From sequence record OQ411014.1: a DNA stretch of 64,000 nt. One strand, given 5' to 3'. The position numbers and the translations under genes are program-made. Positions 18,428-27,819 of the stretch are shown one piece after another. Within the stretch, counting starts at the first letter, position 1; each line of letters opens with the position of its first letter. The notes beneath the pieces were generated by a model. The model had not been told where the DNA came from, did not search any database, and was given only the letters and a program-made list of their open reading frames with translations.

Positions 18428-19039
18428 ATGACTAAATGTGCTTACGGTCTGGACTATTCCATCAATGGTAAATTCACATCTCTCGGCACTTCTAACGATT
18501 GGCGTGCCATTTTTGAGACATTCATTAATGATGTTATTAGCACATCAGTTGAAAGTGTTGAATATGCAATCCTCACGTTCAACGATGAACCGATTGTAAA
18601 TTCAGTACTGGACGTTATTCTTTTTGGGATGGTAGAACACAAATATCGTGTAGTTCTTTTGAATAAAGAACGTGACACTATTATTTCATGTGCTTCTTAC
18701 AACGAAACATATAACATGCGTGAATGTAATTTATGCTCTGGTATTATTGAAGTAAAAGCAGTAAATCAAAACAACTTATGTTTTTCATTGGGTAAGGACT
18801 TTTCATTTAGTAGTGCTGATTTTGAAGTGTTCATGAATGATTGGAATACTATGCATCTCAAGACTAAAACTAAAATTTCTAGCTTACAACGCCCTACTGA
18901 AGTTGCAAAAAACGAGAATACTATTCAGTACCATGTCAGTACTGAATTAGAGAAAGCAATCAAAGTAATTGATTCTAATCCAGAAGAAGCAAAGCGTATT
19001 CTTAACGTAATGCAATATATGTTCACTAACAAAGGATAA
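18428..19039 (+). CDS. Hypothetical protein
   Basis: 203 aa; GAGGA RBS. Confidence 0.8.
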   Translation: MTKCAYGLDYSINGKFTSLGTSNDWRAIFETFINDVISTSVESVEYAILTFNDEPIVNSVLDVILFGMVEHKYRVVLLNKERDTIISCASYNETYNMRECNLCSGIIEVKAVNQNNLCFSLGKDFSFSSADFEVFMNDWNTMHLKTKTKISSLQRPTEVAKNENTIQYHVSTELEKAIKVIDSNPEEAKRILNVMQYMFTNKG

Positions 19040-19044
19040 TTGAA

Positions 19045-19641
19045 ATGCTATTCAATAAAAGTAATTATTTTTCAGTACCGAAGGTTTCTGGCAAACCGCT
19101 CCAAATGACTTTTGATATGAATATCAGTACTATATTCTATAATTTGCTTCGCATTCAAAATAATGATAAAGAGTTCGTCTTGGGTAAAGCAGCAATTTAC
19201 AATTCAGATGATATTCCTTTGATTTGTGATTTTGATAAAATTCTTGAAGCAGCACGTTCAGCCACCAGTAGAGTATATAAATTCACTGTTTGTGATTTGT
19301 CACAGAAGGTACTTGATTATAGTTTCTATATGGATGAAGAAAGTTTGAAGGTAAGTATCACAAATATCATCAATGCAGACATTACCCTTGATAAGAAACC
19401 GCACCTTTCGATCACAGATAATGAGACTGGGGAAACTCGAAGTGGTACTGTGAATGAAATTTATGATCATTACTTCCATGCACAGATTGCACCTAAAAAT
19501 GATTCTACTATGTCTGTAGTACTGGACATGGAAGAAGTACTGAATGAAATGCGTCCTATTATTCAGAATGGTACTGACGTAGAAAAGTCCAACGCAAAAG
19601 CAATCCTGGCGTATGTTGCAGCTAAATTGGCTAAACAATAA
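19045..19641 (+). CDS. Hypothetical protein sharing a C-terminal module with 24117-24779
   Basis: C-terminus ...EEVLNEMRPIIQNGTDVEKSNAKAILAYVAAKLAKQ. Confidence 0.8.
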   Translation: MLFNKSNYFSVPKVSGKPLQMTFDMNISTIFYNLLRIQNNDKEFVLGKAAIYNSDDIPLICDFDKILEAARSATSRVYKFTVCDLSQKVLDYSFYMDEESLKVSITNIINADITLDKKPHLSITDNETGETRSGTVNEIYDHYFHAQIAPKNDSTMSVVLDMEEVLNEMRPIIQNGTDVEKSNAKAILAYVAAKLAKQ

Positions 19642-19644
19642 AAG

Positions 19645-19677
19645 AAAAAAGGAGACTTTGTAGTCTCCTTTCTTTTT
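19645..19677. terminator. Bidirectional rho-independent terminator
   Basis: A6-GGAGACT/AGTCTCC-T-rich, between convergent genes. Confidence 0.8.
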
Positions 19678-20854
19678 ATGGTAAATCAAATTCCGTATAT
19701 GAATATTTGTATACACCATCTGGTCCACGACCTGAGTATCGTAATTTACCAGAAGTAGTTATATATGCTGAAGTAATATTACTAGTACTGAATATGTTAA
19801 ACACTGACTTCATATCATTCACTGTACCGTTACCGAATGGTATCAGGTTAAGTTCATTGCCGTTGACACCAGTACTCAATCTTCCTGAAGAATTTGCTCC
19901 ACAACCATATGCATTTGATGGGCTAAGAGCAACGTAACCAGTATTACTAGTATAATAACTTAGTAAACCAATAAAATTCTCTGTAGTGGCTATTTCAGTA
20001 AAGACTCTAATATTGACAGAACTATTCACTCCATTACCTAAGTTTCCAGCATTCTGGCTTCCCGCAGCATATAGATGTGTTTTACCAGTACCGTCACTGT
20101 ACAATATTGTGAATGCTGATTCAGTTAGACCAATATCAAAAACACTAAGACCTGGGTCTGGTAGTGGTACTTGTGTTAGCACATTTATTCTTGTATCTGG
20201 ATGACCAATACCGAGTTGACCAAATGAGTTTGAACCTGAAACCCAAACACTTAAATCATTTTTTAATATCAGTACTGATGAATTAACAAATTCAACTTTT
20301 TGAACATCTGATGTAAGTTTTGAGAAAGTAGTTAGTGCAAGATAATTACCAGTTGCTAGTTGGCCTTGGTTATTAAAACCGCTTCTATAAAGATCACCAT
20401 TGTTCATTAATATATATAATGCATATACACCAGCATGAACAGATGTTATTTGATTAAGATTCCCTGTACCTATACCAGCTTCAATAAATGGGGTACAATC
20501 AGTATATGATGTCACAACTTCAGTAGATGATGTATTGCCAGTTTGAAAGCTACGGCGACCAGTATATAATAATTTTCCATCCATAGTTTTAATGATAACA
20601 AAACTTGTGTTTGTACACCAAACATCTTGAACATCATCTCTGATTAAAGTCCACTCTAGCTTTTGTTCTGTTGGCTTTCCATCCCCATAGATATAATTAT
20701 CAACTGTTCCTCCACCGATACCATACAATCTGTTATCATCATATAATACCATAAATGCCGGACGAGACGATGCATAAGGTACTAATATTTTTGTAATTTC
20801 AGGTAATGAAGGTGCTTTATTACCATAATTAAGCATTCGTACAAAAGGTAACAT
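19676..20854 (-). CDS. RCC1/BLIP-II-like beta-propeller protein with MLPF tag (orphan copy)
   Basis: Starts MLPFVRMLNYGN; repeats such as GFNNQGQLATG and GSNSFGQLGIG; upstream GGTAAATA late-promoter-like motif. Confidence 0.85.
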   Translation of the reverse strand: MLPFVRMLNYGNKAPSLPEITKILVPYASSRPAFMVLYDDNRLYGIGGGTVDNYIYGDGKPTEQKLEWTLIRDDVQDVWCTNTSFVIIKTMDGKLLYTGRRSFQTGNTSSTEVVTSYTDCTPFIEAGIGTGNLNQITSVHAGVYALYILMNNGDLYRSGFNNQGQLATGNYLALTTFSKLTSDVQKVEFVNSSVLILKNDLSVWVSGSNSFGQLGIGHPDTRINVLTQVPLPDPGLSVFDIGLTESAFTILYSDGTGKTHLYAAGSQNAGNLGNGVNSSVNIRVFTEIATTENFIGLLSYYTSNTGYVALSPSNAYGCGANSSGRLSTGVNGNELNLIPFGNGTVNDMKSVFNIFSTSNITSAYITTSGKLRYSGRGPDGVYKYSYTEFDLP

Positions 20855-20963
20855 AATTAAATCTCCGTCTAATAATTATAATGTATTTACCAAAAAGGAC
20901 TTGACAGTACTGAACAGTACTAGTAGAATTGTATCCAAGATAACTCACTAAGGAATATCCAAA

Positions 20964-21254
20964 ATGACAACTGTTACTTATTATCAAACACGCCGCCTTT
21001 TTGACATGACTGAAGGGCGTGGCCCAATGATCAATGATTTGGCATTCACTGAGTACCGCCATGCTGAAGCATACATCAACTCCCAACCTGGTGTTATGGG
21101 TCGTCGCTGTAACTGGACACAAGAGCGTCATGCGTCTGACTGGGACATTCAAACAGTACACGCCAGGACTGAAGCCTATGATCCACAAGAAGAAGCACGT
21201 CAGCGTGCATTAGCTAAACTAACCAAAGAAGAACGTAAACTACTAGGACTCTAA
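20964..21254 (+). CDS. Hypothetical protein
   Basis: 96 aa; TTGACA-17-TAGAAT promoter at 20901-20929; AAGGA RBS. Confidence 0.8.
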   Translation: MTTVTYYQTRRLFDMTEGRGPMINDLAFTEYRHAEAYINSQPGVMGRRCNWTQERHASDWDIQTVHARTEAYDPQEEARQRALAKLTKEERKLLGL

Positions 21255-21255
21255 T

Positions 21256-21468
21256 ATGACAGTACAACTAAAAACTTATAAAGAAGATGATAAAACATAT
21301 GTAGCTACTGGTTTTATCAAAGACAATGGCTTCCATCGTGCACACGATCAACGTCAATACACAGCAGAACGTGCTGGCGGTGAAGTACTCAACACTGACA
21401 GCTATGATGATGCATTAGCTTTCATTGCTGCCGGACTAGGTAAACCAGAGCGGTTATATACGTTATGA
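21256..21468 (+). CDS. Hypothetical protein
   Basis: 70 aa, coupled. Confidence 0.7.
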   Translation: MTVQLKTYKEDDKTYVATGFIKDNGFHRAHDQRQYTAERAGGEVLNTDSYDDALAFIAAGLGKPERLYTL

Positions 21469-21731
21469 AATACATTCTAGTACTTCTAAGTATCTTCTTT
21501 CTTACGGCATGTGAACCGGAAGAAGAACGTGAAGAACGTATTGATGCGAAGTATCTGGTGGCGAATGATTGTAAGTACACTGGCGAATCCTTTATAAACG
21601 AAGAAACCATTATGGTGGGTCCAGCCCGTTTCTCTAGGCCAGAGGTCGTTGAGAAGCGTTATTACGTGTATAAATGCAGTCAAGAGCGGAAGGTTCTCGC
21701 TACAGTTCGATTTGAAATTGAAAAAGAATAG
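21465..21731 (+). CDS. Lipoprotein
   Basis: Lipobox LTAC. Confidence 0.75.
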   Translation: MKYILVLLSIFFLTACEPEEEREERIDAKYLVANDCKYTGESFINEETIMVGPARFSRPEVVEKRYYVYKCSQERKVLATVRFEIEKE

Positions 21732-21958
21732 TTGACACACAATGGGAGTACTGTATAATACTCCCATCTTAACGACAAAAGAGGAATTGAAATGGAACGT
21801 GTATACTTGAACGTAATCACTGGTGCTAAACGTAAGTTCATCGGCAAAGAAGGATATTTCTGGATGAACAATAAGCAGTGGGTTCCTAATGGTACATCAG
21901 AAGAACTCATCAAAGCATTACCATATTACAAAGTACTCTAACTATAGGAATCAATCCC

Positions 21959-22606
21959 ATGCTCAAAGATATATCAATTGATGTAGATGCACTGAATGAA
22001 GAGTACAAAGATAAAGGGATTGATTTTTTTGAAACCGTAAGGGAAAACCCAATTAATGGTTCAAAACTACAAGTTACAATGGGAGTTGTTAATCCATTAC
22101 ATCCAGCAATACAGGCAAAGAAACTACCTATTAGTACTAAACCAATACGCCTTATGCTCGCGGCACATTGTAGTACTGGTATCTATATGGGATTCCCATT
22201 ACATGAAACTATTCGCAAGTACAGCAAAAGCGAAGTTGTTTCTCGTATGGTTGAGTTTGATTTGAGTACTGGAATGTGGTATGATTCTCATGAAGTGGCA
22301 CAGTCCTTCAATGAGAAGGAATTACCTTCTGGAAAGGCTCCTGCCGATATTACTCGCTTGAGTAGTTCTTATGGTTTAGCTGATAACATCAAGCAAATCA
22401 TCAAGCACTACAGAAAAGTAATTAACAGGAGTGACTTCAATGTAGTGCTGCATATTACGTACAACAATGAAAAGCAACTGGCTGGATTGCGTTGGCATAA
22501 ATGCGGGAAGTACTTGGGTAAGCATAAACAGAAGCACGAATACTTAGAAGAAGATAATATAAAGAGTATTCTACAATTCCACCTTTATGTACTGAAGGAG
22601 GACTAA
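21959..22606 (+). CDS. Conserved phage hypothetical protein
   Basis: 215 aa; RWHKCGKYLG...HEYL motif recalled from other phage proteins. Confidence 0.8.
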   Translation: MLKDISIDVDALNEEYKDKGIDFFETVRENPINGSKLQVTMGVVNPLHPAIQAKKLPISTKPIRLMLAAHCSTGIYMGFPLHETIRKYSKSEVVSRMVEFDLSTGMWYDSHEVAQSFNEKELPSGKAPADITRLSSSYGLADNIKQIIKHYRKVINRSDFNVVLHITYNNEKQLAGLRWHKCGKYLGKHKQKHEYLEEDNIKSILQFHLYVLKED

Positions 22607-22831
22607 ATGAATCATGATAAGATTCAAGAAATTGAAGAGAAGCGTAATCACTTAAACGCACTCACGTATGAAATGACACAGACTGCTGATGTGGTGATGG
22701 GAGTATTATCAACATCCGCAGTTCTTTCAGTACTGATAGCGATTTATATATTTTTCTTGTCATGAAGTGTTTGACAATCTTAGTATCATCTAGTATGATG
22801 TTTGTACTATAATGATATAAGGAAATACAAA

Positions 22832-23077
22832 ATGAAATTTATTAGTGCAATTATTCTTTCGATGACTTTATTGGTTGGATGTTCAACTGATTTCATGAAA
22901 GAAGCATACGTTGGTGAAGTGAATGGACGTACAATCGTCTTCTTCAAAGATATCCAACGTAACGGTATGCAGTACTACACTCCGCAGTTTGCATCTGTAT
23001 GCCGTGATATGTTCGGGGTAAGTTCACCATGTAGGATAAAAGAAACTGCAATCAAAAACATTCGTCCATACAAATAA
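22832..23077 (+). CDS. Lipoprotein
   Basis: Start moved to MKFISA after AAGGA; lipobox LVGC. Confidence 0.75.
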   Translation: MKFISAIILSMTLLVGCSTDFMKEAYVGEVNGRTIVFFKDIQRNGMQYYTPQFASVCRDMFGVSSPCRIKETAIKNIRPYK

Positions 23078-23088
23078 GGAAACACAAT

Positions 23089-23412
23089 ATGTTTATTCTT
23101 TCTTTCCCACTGTTCGTTCTGCTTATCTGTTATATTGCAGTAGTAGCAGTAGGTTCTAAGTACAAAGATCTCCCTGAATATCTGAACATTGGTGACGGTC
23201 AAACAAATTCGCTACGCTTTGTTCTGGGTGCAACGTTTGTATCATTAGGGTTCCAAATTCTTGGTCTGTTCTTTGCGTTTGCAATTAGTCTAGGACTGTT
23301 GTTTTCAACTATTGCTTCAGTCCTTGCGTGGTGGTGGTTGTTTGAAACATTCCAGTCTGGTAAGATCAAGATCTGGTACAAAGATGCTAAAGCATATTTC
23401 GATCAGGACTAA
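23089..23412 (+). CDS. Three-TM membrane protein
   Basis: 3 hydrophobic segments; AAGGA RBS. Confidence 0.75.
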   Translation: MFILSFPLFVLLICYIAVVAVGSKYKDLPEYLNIGDGQTNSLRFVLGATFVSLGFQILGLFFAFAISLGLLFSTIASVLAWWWLFETFQSGKIKIWYKDAKAYFDQD

Positions 23413-23467
23413 TTGATTCATTGTTTCATCGGGGTTAACATGTGTTAGCCCTTTTTTGTAGGTAATA

Positions 23468-23851
23468 ATGCGAGCGATGATTAGTATAGATAAGAAAGGT
23501 GCAACTCGGATTGTATTCTTGACGAAGAGATACGCAATCAAGATACCATCTTTCTATTCGTGGAAAATGTTCTTACATGGATTGATTGCTAATCTAAATG
23601 AAAGAGCATTCAAAGAGTACTCATGTTCTCCTGGTTCTGGATTATGCCCTACTGTATATGCGTCAGGAACGGGTCTAATAAGCATTCAGAAGAGATGTTT
23701 ACCAGTACAGCACAGAGGTATGTTCTGGGTGGAATTGGCTCACCTAGCGTGCAGTACTGTACTACATGAGGACTTCTTTTATTCGGATGCGAAGCCTGAG
23801 AACTTCGGGTATATAGATGGGAAGTTAGTAAAATTGGATTACGGAGATTGA
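23468..23851 (+). CDS. Minimal protein-kinase-like protein
   Basis: KGATRIVF, YAIKIP (Lys), ANLNE (Glu), DAKPENFG catalytic loop; ends at KLDYGD. Confidence 0.7.
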   Translation: MRAMISIDKKGATRIVFLTKRYAIKIPSFYSWKMFLHGLIANLNERAFKEYSCSPGSGLCPTVYASGTGLISIQKRCLPVQHRGMFWVELAHLACSTVLHEDFFYSDAKPENFGYIDGKLVKLDYGD

Positions 23852-23852
23852 T

Positions 23853-24041
23853 ATGCTAATTTACAATAACAATGGTATTAGAGTACTTCAGCATGAATAC
23901 TTACAAGTGTTTCATGTACAGAAGTTCATGGAGGGTGATAATCCTCGGAGCTATGGTCGTACGATGGATTACTTCACTGTAAAGGAATGCTATAGTATTC
24001 AAGAAGTTCGTGAAGTTGTATCTGAATTACTTGAAGAATAA
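23853..24041 (+). CDS. Small hypothetical protein
   Basis: 62 aa; GGAG RBS. Confidence 0.65.
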   Translation: MLIYNNNGIRVLQHEYLQVFHVQKFMEGDNPRSYGRTMDYFTVKECYSIQEVREVVSELLEE

Positions 24042-24047
24042 TATTAG

Positions 24048-24084
24048 AAAGGGGTTGACTTCGGTCGGCCCTTTTTGTTATAAT
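24048..24084 (+). promoter_or_regulatory. Fused terminator/promoter element
   Basis: GGGGTTGAC-TTCG-GTCGGCCC-T5; TTGACT-18-TATAAT. Confidence 0.8.
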
Positions 24085-24116
24085 CATTACATCGACAACC
24101 AATAGGAAATCTAAAA

Positions 24117-24779
24117 ATGCCAATTCCATTGTTTCATGAAAGTAATACATTCACTATCTACAAAAATAATGGCGAACTGAAGACTATTCACTTCACTGGT
24201 CACAAAGTAGGTTTGTATTACAAGTTGTATTCAATCCTACGTAAGAGTCACAACTTCAATATGCCTTCAGTAACTGTACGTGATATTACAGGGCGGGTAT
24301 TATCCAATGGAAACTTCTTGGATATCTATTTTGAGTTGATTGATGTATTGAAAGCAGAACACAAGTACTCAATCATGACGACCAATAGTGTTGGTGAAGA
24401 TCTATATCACTTCCGTGATGAACCTGAAGGTGTACTGCAACAACTGAAGCATCTGAGAGATACATATACTAAAAATGGTGATCCGCGTCGTTTTGAATAT
24501 CACACAGTAGTACGAAGAGATGACTCATCGTTTATTCGTAACAAGTTGGATTATTTGATTATAGAATACCAGAAAATTGCTGATGCAGAGAACTCAGAGA
24601 AAGCTGGCGAAACCGACTGCATTGGTGAAACTGGCGAAATGGGGTTAGGTGTGTACCTGGAGTTCGATGAAGTAGTGAACGATATGCGTGAGCAAATCAA
24701 ATCAGGTACTGACAAAGAGAAGATTGAAGCTAAAGCAGTACTGTCATATATCGCTACTAAAATAGCACTGAAACAGTAA
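24117..24779 (+). CDS. Hypothetical protein sharing a C-terminal module with 19045-19641
   Basis: C-terminus ...DEVVNDMREQIKSGTDKEKIEAKAVLSYIATKIALKQ. Confidence 0.8.
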   Translation: MPIPLFHESNTFTIYKNNGELKTIHFTGHKVGLYYKLYSILRKSHNFNMPSVTVRDITGRVLSNGNFLDIYFELIDVLKAEHKYSIMTTNSVGEDLYHFRDEPEGVLQQLKHLRDTYTKNGDPRRFEYHTVVRRDDSSFIRNKLDYLIIEYQKIADAENSEKAGETDCIGETGEMGLGVYLEFDEVVNDMREQIKSGTDKEKIEAKAVLSYIATKIALKQ

Positions 24780-24782
24780 AAT

Positions 24783-24819
24783 AAAAGGGTTGACTTCGGT
24801 CGGCCCTTTTTGCTATAAT
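24783..24819 (+). promoter_or_regulatory. Fused terminator/promoter element
   Basis: GGGTTGAC-TTCG-GTCGGCCC-T5; TTGACT-18-TATAAT. Confidence 0.8.
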
Positions 24820-24849
24820 CATTTCAACTTCTGATGAAAGGAAAATTAT

Positions 24850-25098
24850 ATGTTCGCACTACGCCACAAAGAAACAAAGAACTTCATGTGTATTGATACA
24901 CAGTGGGATTGCTTTGGTAGTACTGAAGTATTGGAAGAACACGCTGAGAACGTCTTTGTTGTTAGTGAACGTTCATTGTTGGAAGCACTAATTGAGGACT
25001 TCAATGCTGGTACTAATGCATTCTCTCTGAACTTTCCGGTTGTTGCAGATCCAGAAGCATTTGTTATGTACGAAATTGTAGAACTTACTGTGAAATAG
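24850..25098 (+). CDS. Hypothetical protein
   Basis: 82 aa; AAGGA RBS. Confidence 0.75.
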   Translation: MFALRHKETKNFMCIDTQWDCFGSTEVLEEHAENVFVVSERSLLEALIEDFNAGTNAFSLNFPVVADPEAFVMYEIVELTVK

Positions 25099-25115
25099 TA
25101 TCATTGGAGATAACC

Positions 25116-25412
25116 ATGAAAGCACTGACCGCCGTAGAAATCAAAGAGCAATACAAAGATTTATTCGAGTTTAAACACAACGGTGAAGAATTCAAACGTA
25201 GTAGTACTGTACGTGACTTCTTGAACAAACTCTTCTGTACTAAGTTCAAAGCTGCGTACATTACTATGCCTGAGCGTACTTCAAGTGCAGAAGATATCAA
25301 GAAGTTCGGTTTAGGTTGGGATGCACAATCAATCATCCTGGTGAATGCAGATGAAGAGCTAGTGTACTTGACTAACTCCGAGTGGGCTTCTTTCATGTAT
25401 CTTCGTAAATAA
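25116..25412 (+). CDS. Hypothetical protein
   Basis: Start moved to MKALT after GGAGA. Confidence 0.75.
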   Translation: MKALTAVEIKEQYKDLFEFKHNGEEFKRSSTVRDFLNKLFCTKFKAAYITMPERTSSAEDIKKFGLGWDAQSIILVNADEELVYLTNSEWASFMYLRK

Positions 25413-25421
25413 GGAACTATA

Positions 25422-25604
25422 ATGAAACTGAAACGTTATGACCGCAATCGTATTATGGATGCTTTGTATCGTGAAGAAATTTCACTCAATAAGGTGAAAG
25501 TGTACTTTATGTTAGAAGGACGGCTTCCAGCACGTAAAGCTAAACAGTTAGCTATTGAACTGTTGAACGAAGGTATTGAGTACTGGCATTATGACGGATA
25601 TTGA
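25422..25604 (+). CDS. Small hypothetical protein
   Basis: 60 aa; AAGGA RBS. Confidence 0.7.
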   Translation: MKLKRYDRNRIMDALYREEISLNKVKVYFMLEGRLPARKAKQLAIELLNEGIEYWHYDGY

Positions 25605-25618
25605 TTTGTGAAATAAAA

Positions 25619-25666
25619 GGTTGACTTCGGTCAGCCTTTTTCGTATTATGTACTCATCGAAACGAA
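25619..25666 (+). repeat. 48-bp direct repeat containing the terminator/promoter element (copy 1 of 3)
   Basis: GGTTGACTTCGGTCAGCCTTTTTCGTATTATGTACTCATCGAAACGAA is identical at 25619, 27458 and 27752. Confidence 0.9.
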
Positions 25667-25680
25667 GGAGATATAAAAAA

Positions 25681-25917
25681 ATGAAACTATCTTTTATACG
25701 ATTGGGTCAATTCTTCGGTACTAATGTTATAACTTTACAACAAATTGCAGATAATACATCTCTAACGATTCAAGAAGTACTTGACTTGGATGACATAAAT
25801 TACGATACTACATGTATCGAGTACAAAGAAGGTCTTATCGAAAAGGATAAGATTCAGGCTAAAATTAATGGTGCTGGAAAAGTTCAGTACTGGAAGGGAG
25901 TGTTAAGTAATGTGTAA
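25681..25917 (+). CDS. Hypothetical protein
   Basis: True start MKLSFI after AAGGAG; ORF-track start lies in the hairpin. Confidence 0.65.
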   Translation: MKLSFIRLGQFFGTNVITLQQIADNTSLTIQEVLDLDDINYDTTCIEYKEGLIEKDKIQAKINGAGKVQYWKGVLSNV

Positions 25918-27007
25918 CTTTGATGTTTTAGATTGTTTTTCTGTAGATGAAATTATTTATGAACCCAAATCACATAATTCAGTATCCCCAGGGCAATATG
26001 AAAAGAAAATAACAGAGTTATTTTCATTAAATGATCATAATGTTGTTTTTATCGGATTCAATATGAAAACCGCCAATGAATGGCAAGCGGGTGATACTAA
26101 AGTACATTTTAAACTCGTCAACAAATATTACGAGGATATTTTTTCTGATGTGACAATAGAAAAGATTATCAAAAAATTTAAGAAAAAAACCTACAAACCT
26201 AAACATAAAAAATTAACAATGGAAATTATTGAATATCAGGCCAAGGCTGTATCTTACTTAAAAGGCCATCGGATTATATCATTTGGTCCATTTGATGGTG
26301 CACTCACTAAAATTGAGATGGAATGTCTAATGGATTCACATACGTGGTCTACCAGTTACAATTCATATGTGACAAATGACAAAGGTTGTGTTAAATGTGG
26401 AATTGTAGTGACCTCTGAGTTTCACCGGACAAATCACGATGATGTGAACTTGTTCTTAAAAGAAAATGGAGATATTAACAATTATGATTTATATGAAGAA
26501 TTCATATATTCTAATAATTTAACAATAATAAAAAGAATTTGCAAAATATGTAATCATGGTAAATGTGGAGAATGGAAAACGTCTTATGAATGCATTAAGA
26601 ATCGTGATCATCAGTGTCCAGTATGTAAGACAACTGAAGCTCGGTGCATCAAACGTGATCTAGATCCGATTTTTAGTGGGTTCGGTGTGGTAGAATGTGA
26701 AAAAAAATATGATGATTGTAGGATGATTAATCATTTACGCTACGACCGCTTCATCCCGAAACTCAACATGTTATTTGAATATGATGGAGAGCAACATTTC
26801 AATAAGAGGAACATTCGTTGGCATGGTGAAAGTGGTGAAAAACGTGATCAAATAAAAACAGAGTTCGCAATCAACAACGGTTACAACTTCATTAGGATTG
26901 CATACTATGAAGACCACGTTGCAGTACTGGAATCTTTCCTTAAACTCATAGAAGAGAACCCAGGAAAGCAAATCGTACAGATCTATGGTGATGTGAAAAT
27001 TATCTAA
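25910..27007 (+). CDS. Putative homing endonuclease (Zn-binding CxxC motifs plus C-terminal Vsr/DUF559-like nuclease)
   Basis: CVKC, CKIC and CPVC motifs; YDRFIP..LFEYDGEQHF...RD..K..FA..NGYNFIRI. Confidence 0.75.
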   Translation: MCNFDVLDCFSVDEIIYEPKSHNSVSPGQYEKKITELFSLNDHNVVFIGFNMKTANEWQAGDTKVHFKLVNKYYEDIFSDVTIEKIIKKFKKKTYKPKHKKLTMEIIEYQAKAVSYLKGHRIISFGPFDGALTKIEMECLMDSHTWSTSYNSYVTNDKGCVKCGIVVTSEFHRTNHDDVNLFLKENGDINNYDLYEEFIYSNNLTIIKRICKICNHGKCGEWKTSYECIKNRDHQCPVCKTTEARCIKRDLDPIFSGFGVVECEKKYDDCRMINHLRYDRFIPKLNMLFEYDGEQHFNKRNIRWHGESGEKRDQIKTEFAINNGYNFIRIAYYEDHVAVLESFLKLIEENPGKQIVQIYGDVKII

Positions 27008-27010
27008 AAT

Positions 27011-27045
27011 AAAAGGTTGACTTCGGTCAGCCTTTTTGCTATTAT
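27011..27045 (+). promoter_or_regulatory. Fused terminator/promoter element
   Basis: AAAAGGTTGAC-TTCG-GTCAGCCTTTTT; TTGACT-17-TATTAT. Confidence 0.8.
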
Positions 27046-27181
27046 ATCAGTACTATCAATGTGAAAGAGTTCGATAAACATCTGAAGAAGAATGGCTTCG
27101 ATACGAACAACTTTGCTATCAGTAGTATTACTGAAATCATGATTCAATACAACATTATTGTAGATACATTACGAGGGTAAA

Positions 27182-27448
27182 ATGAAACCAATCACAACAA
27201 CACAGAGTACTAACCTAACGGTTTTACATGATGGTTTAAAAGGTACAGTACGTGATCTTCTGAACTTCATTGATAGTATTCAAGGTGATACCGGATACTG
27301 CATTTATACTACTATCATTCCTGGTGGTACAGAACTGTACTTCACCAATATGGAAGTATCGGAATCGGGTGAAACTGATGATTCATTCCAAGAAGCCATC
27401 CAACAATTTCAGGAATCCTTAGAGGATTTAGGTTTTACGGTACAATGA
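27182..27448 (+). CDS. Hypothetical acidic protein
   Basis: 88 aa; GAGG RBS. Confidence 0.7.
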   Translation: MKPITTTQSTNLTVLHDGLKGTVRDLLNFIDSIQGDTGYCIYTTIIPGGTELYFTNMEVSESGETDDSFQEAIQQFQESLEDLGFTVQ

Positions 27449-27457
27449 CGAAAAAAA

Positions 27458-27505
27458 GGTTGACTTCGGTCAGCCTTTTTCGTATTATGTACTCATCGAA
27501 ACGAA
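27458..27505 (+). repeat. 48-bp direct repeat, copy 2
   Basis: Identical to 25619-25666. Confidence 0.9.
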
Positions 27506-27751
27506 GGAGATTATTATGTATATTTTAATAGTGGAGTACTGCTTCTATACTCTATGGATTTACTTAGGTTGTCGATATGGCTTACCTTTATTTGGTAAGT
27601 ACTTCTTAGATTCTGGTTCAGACAAATATGGCGAGAGAAATGACTAAAGGAATGCAGAAGTTAAACTGTTCGTGAAAACTCAAGACTGGCCTGAAGTTGT
27701 ACAGCAAGTAATATGTTCATTCACTAAGACTGAACTAATATAAGAAAAAAT

Positions 27752-27799
27752 GGTTGACTTCGGTCAGCCTTTTTCGTATTATGTACTCATCGAAACGAA
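27752..27799 (+). repeat. 48-bp direct repeat, copy 3
   Basis: Identical to 25619-25666. Confidence 0.9.
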
Positions 27800-27819
27800 A
27801 CGTACTAAGGATTAAGAAA

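Noticed and set aside
23468-23851. Kinase pseudogene truncated by frameshift
   Set aside because: All catalytic motifs are intact and the next gene, with its own RBS, starts 2 bp after the stop
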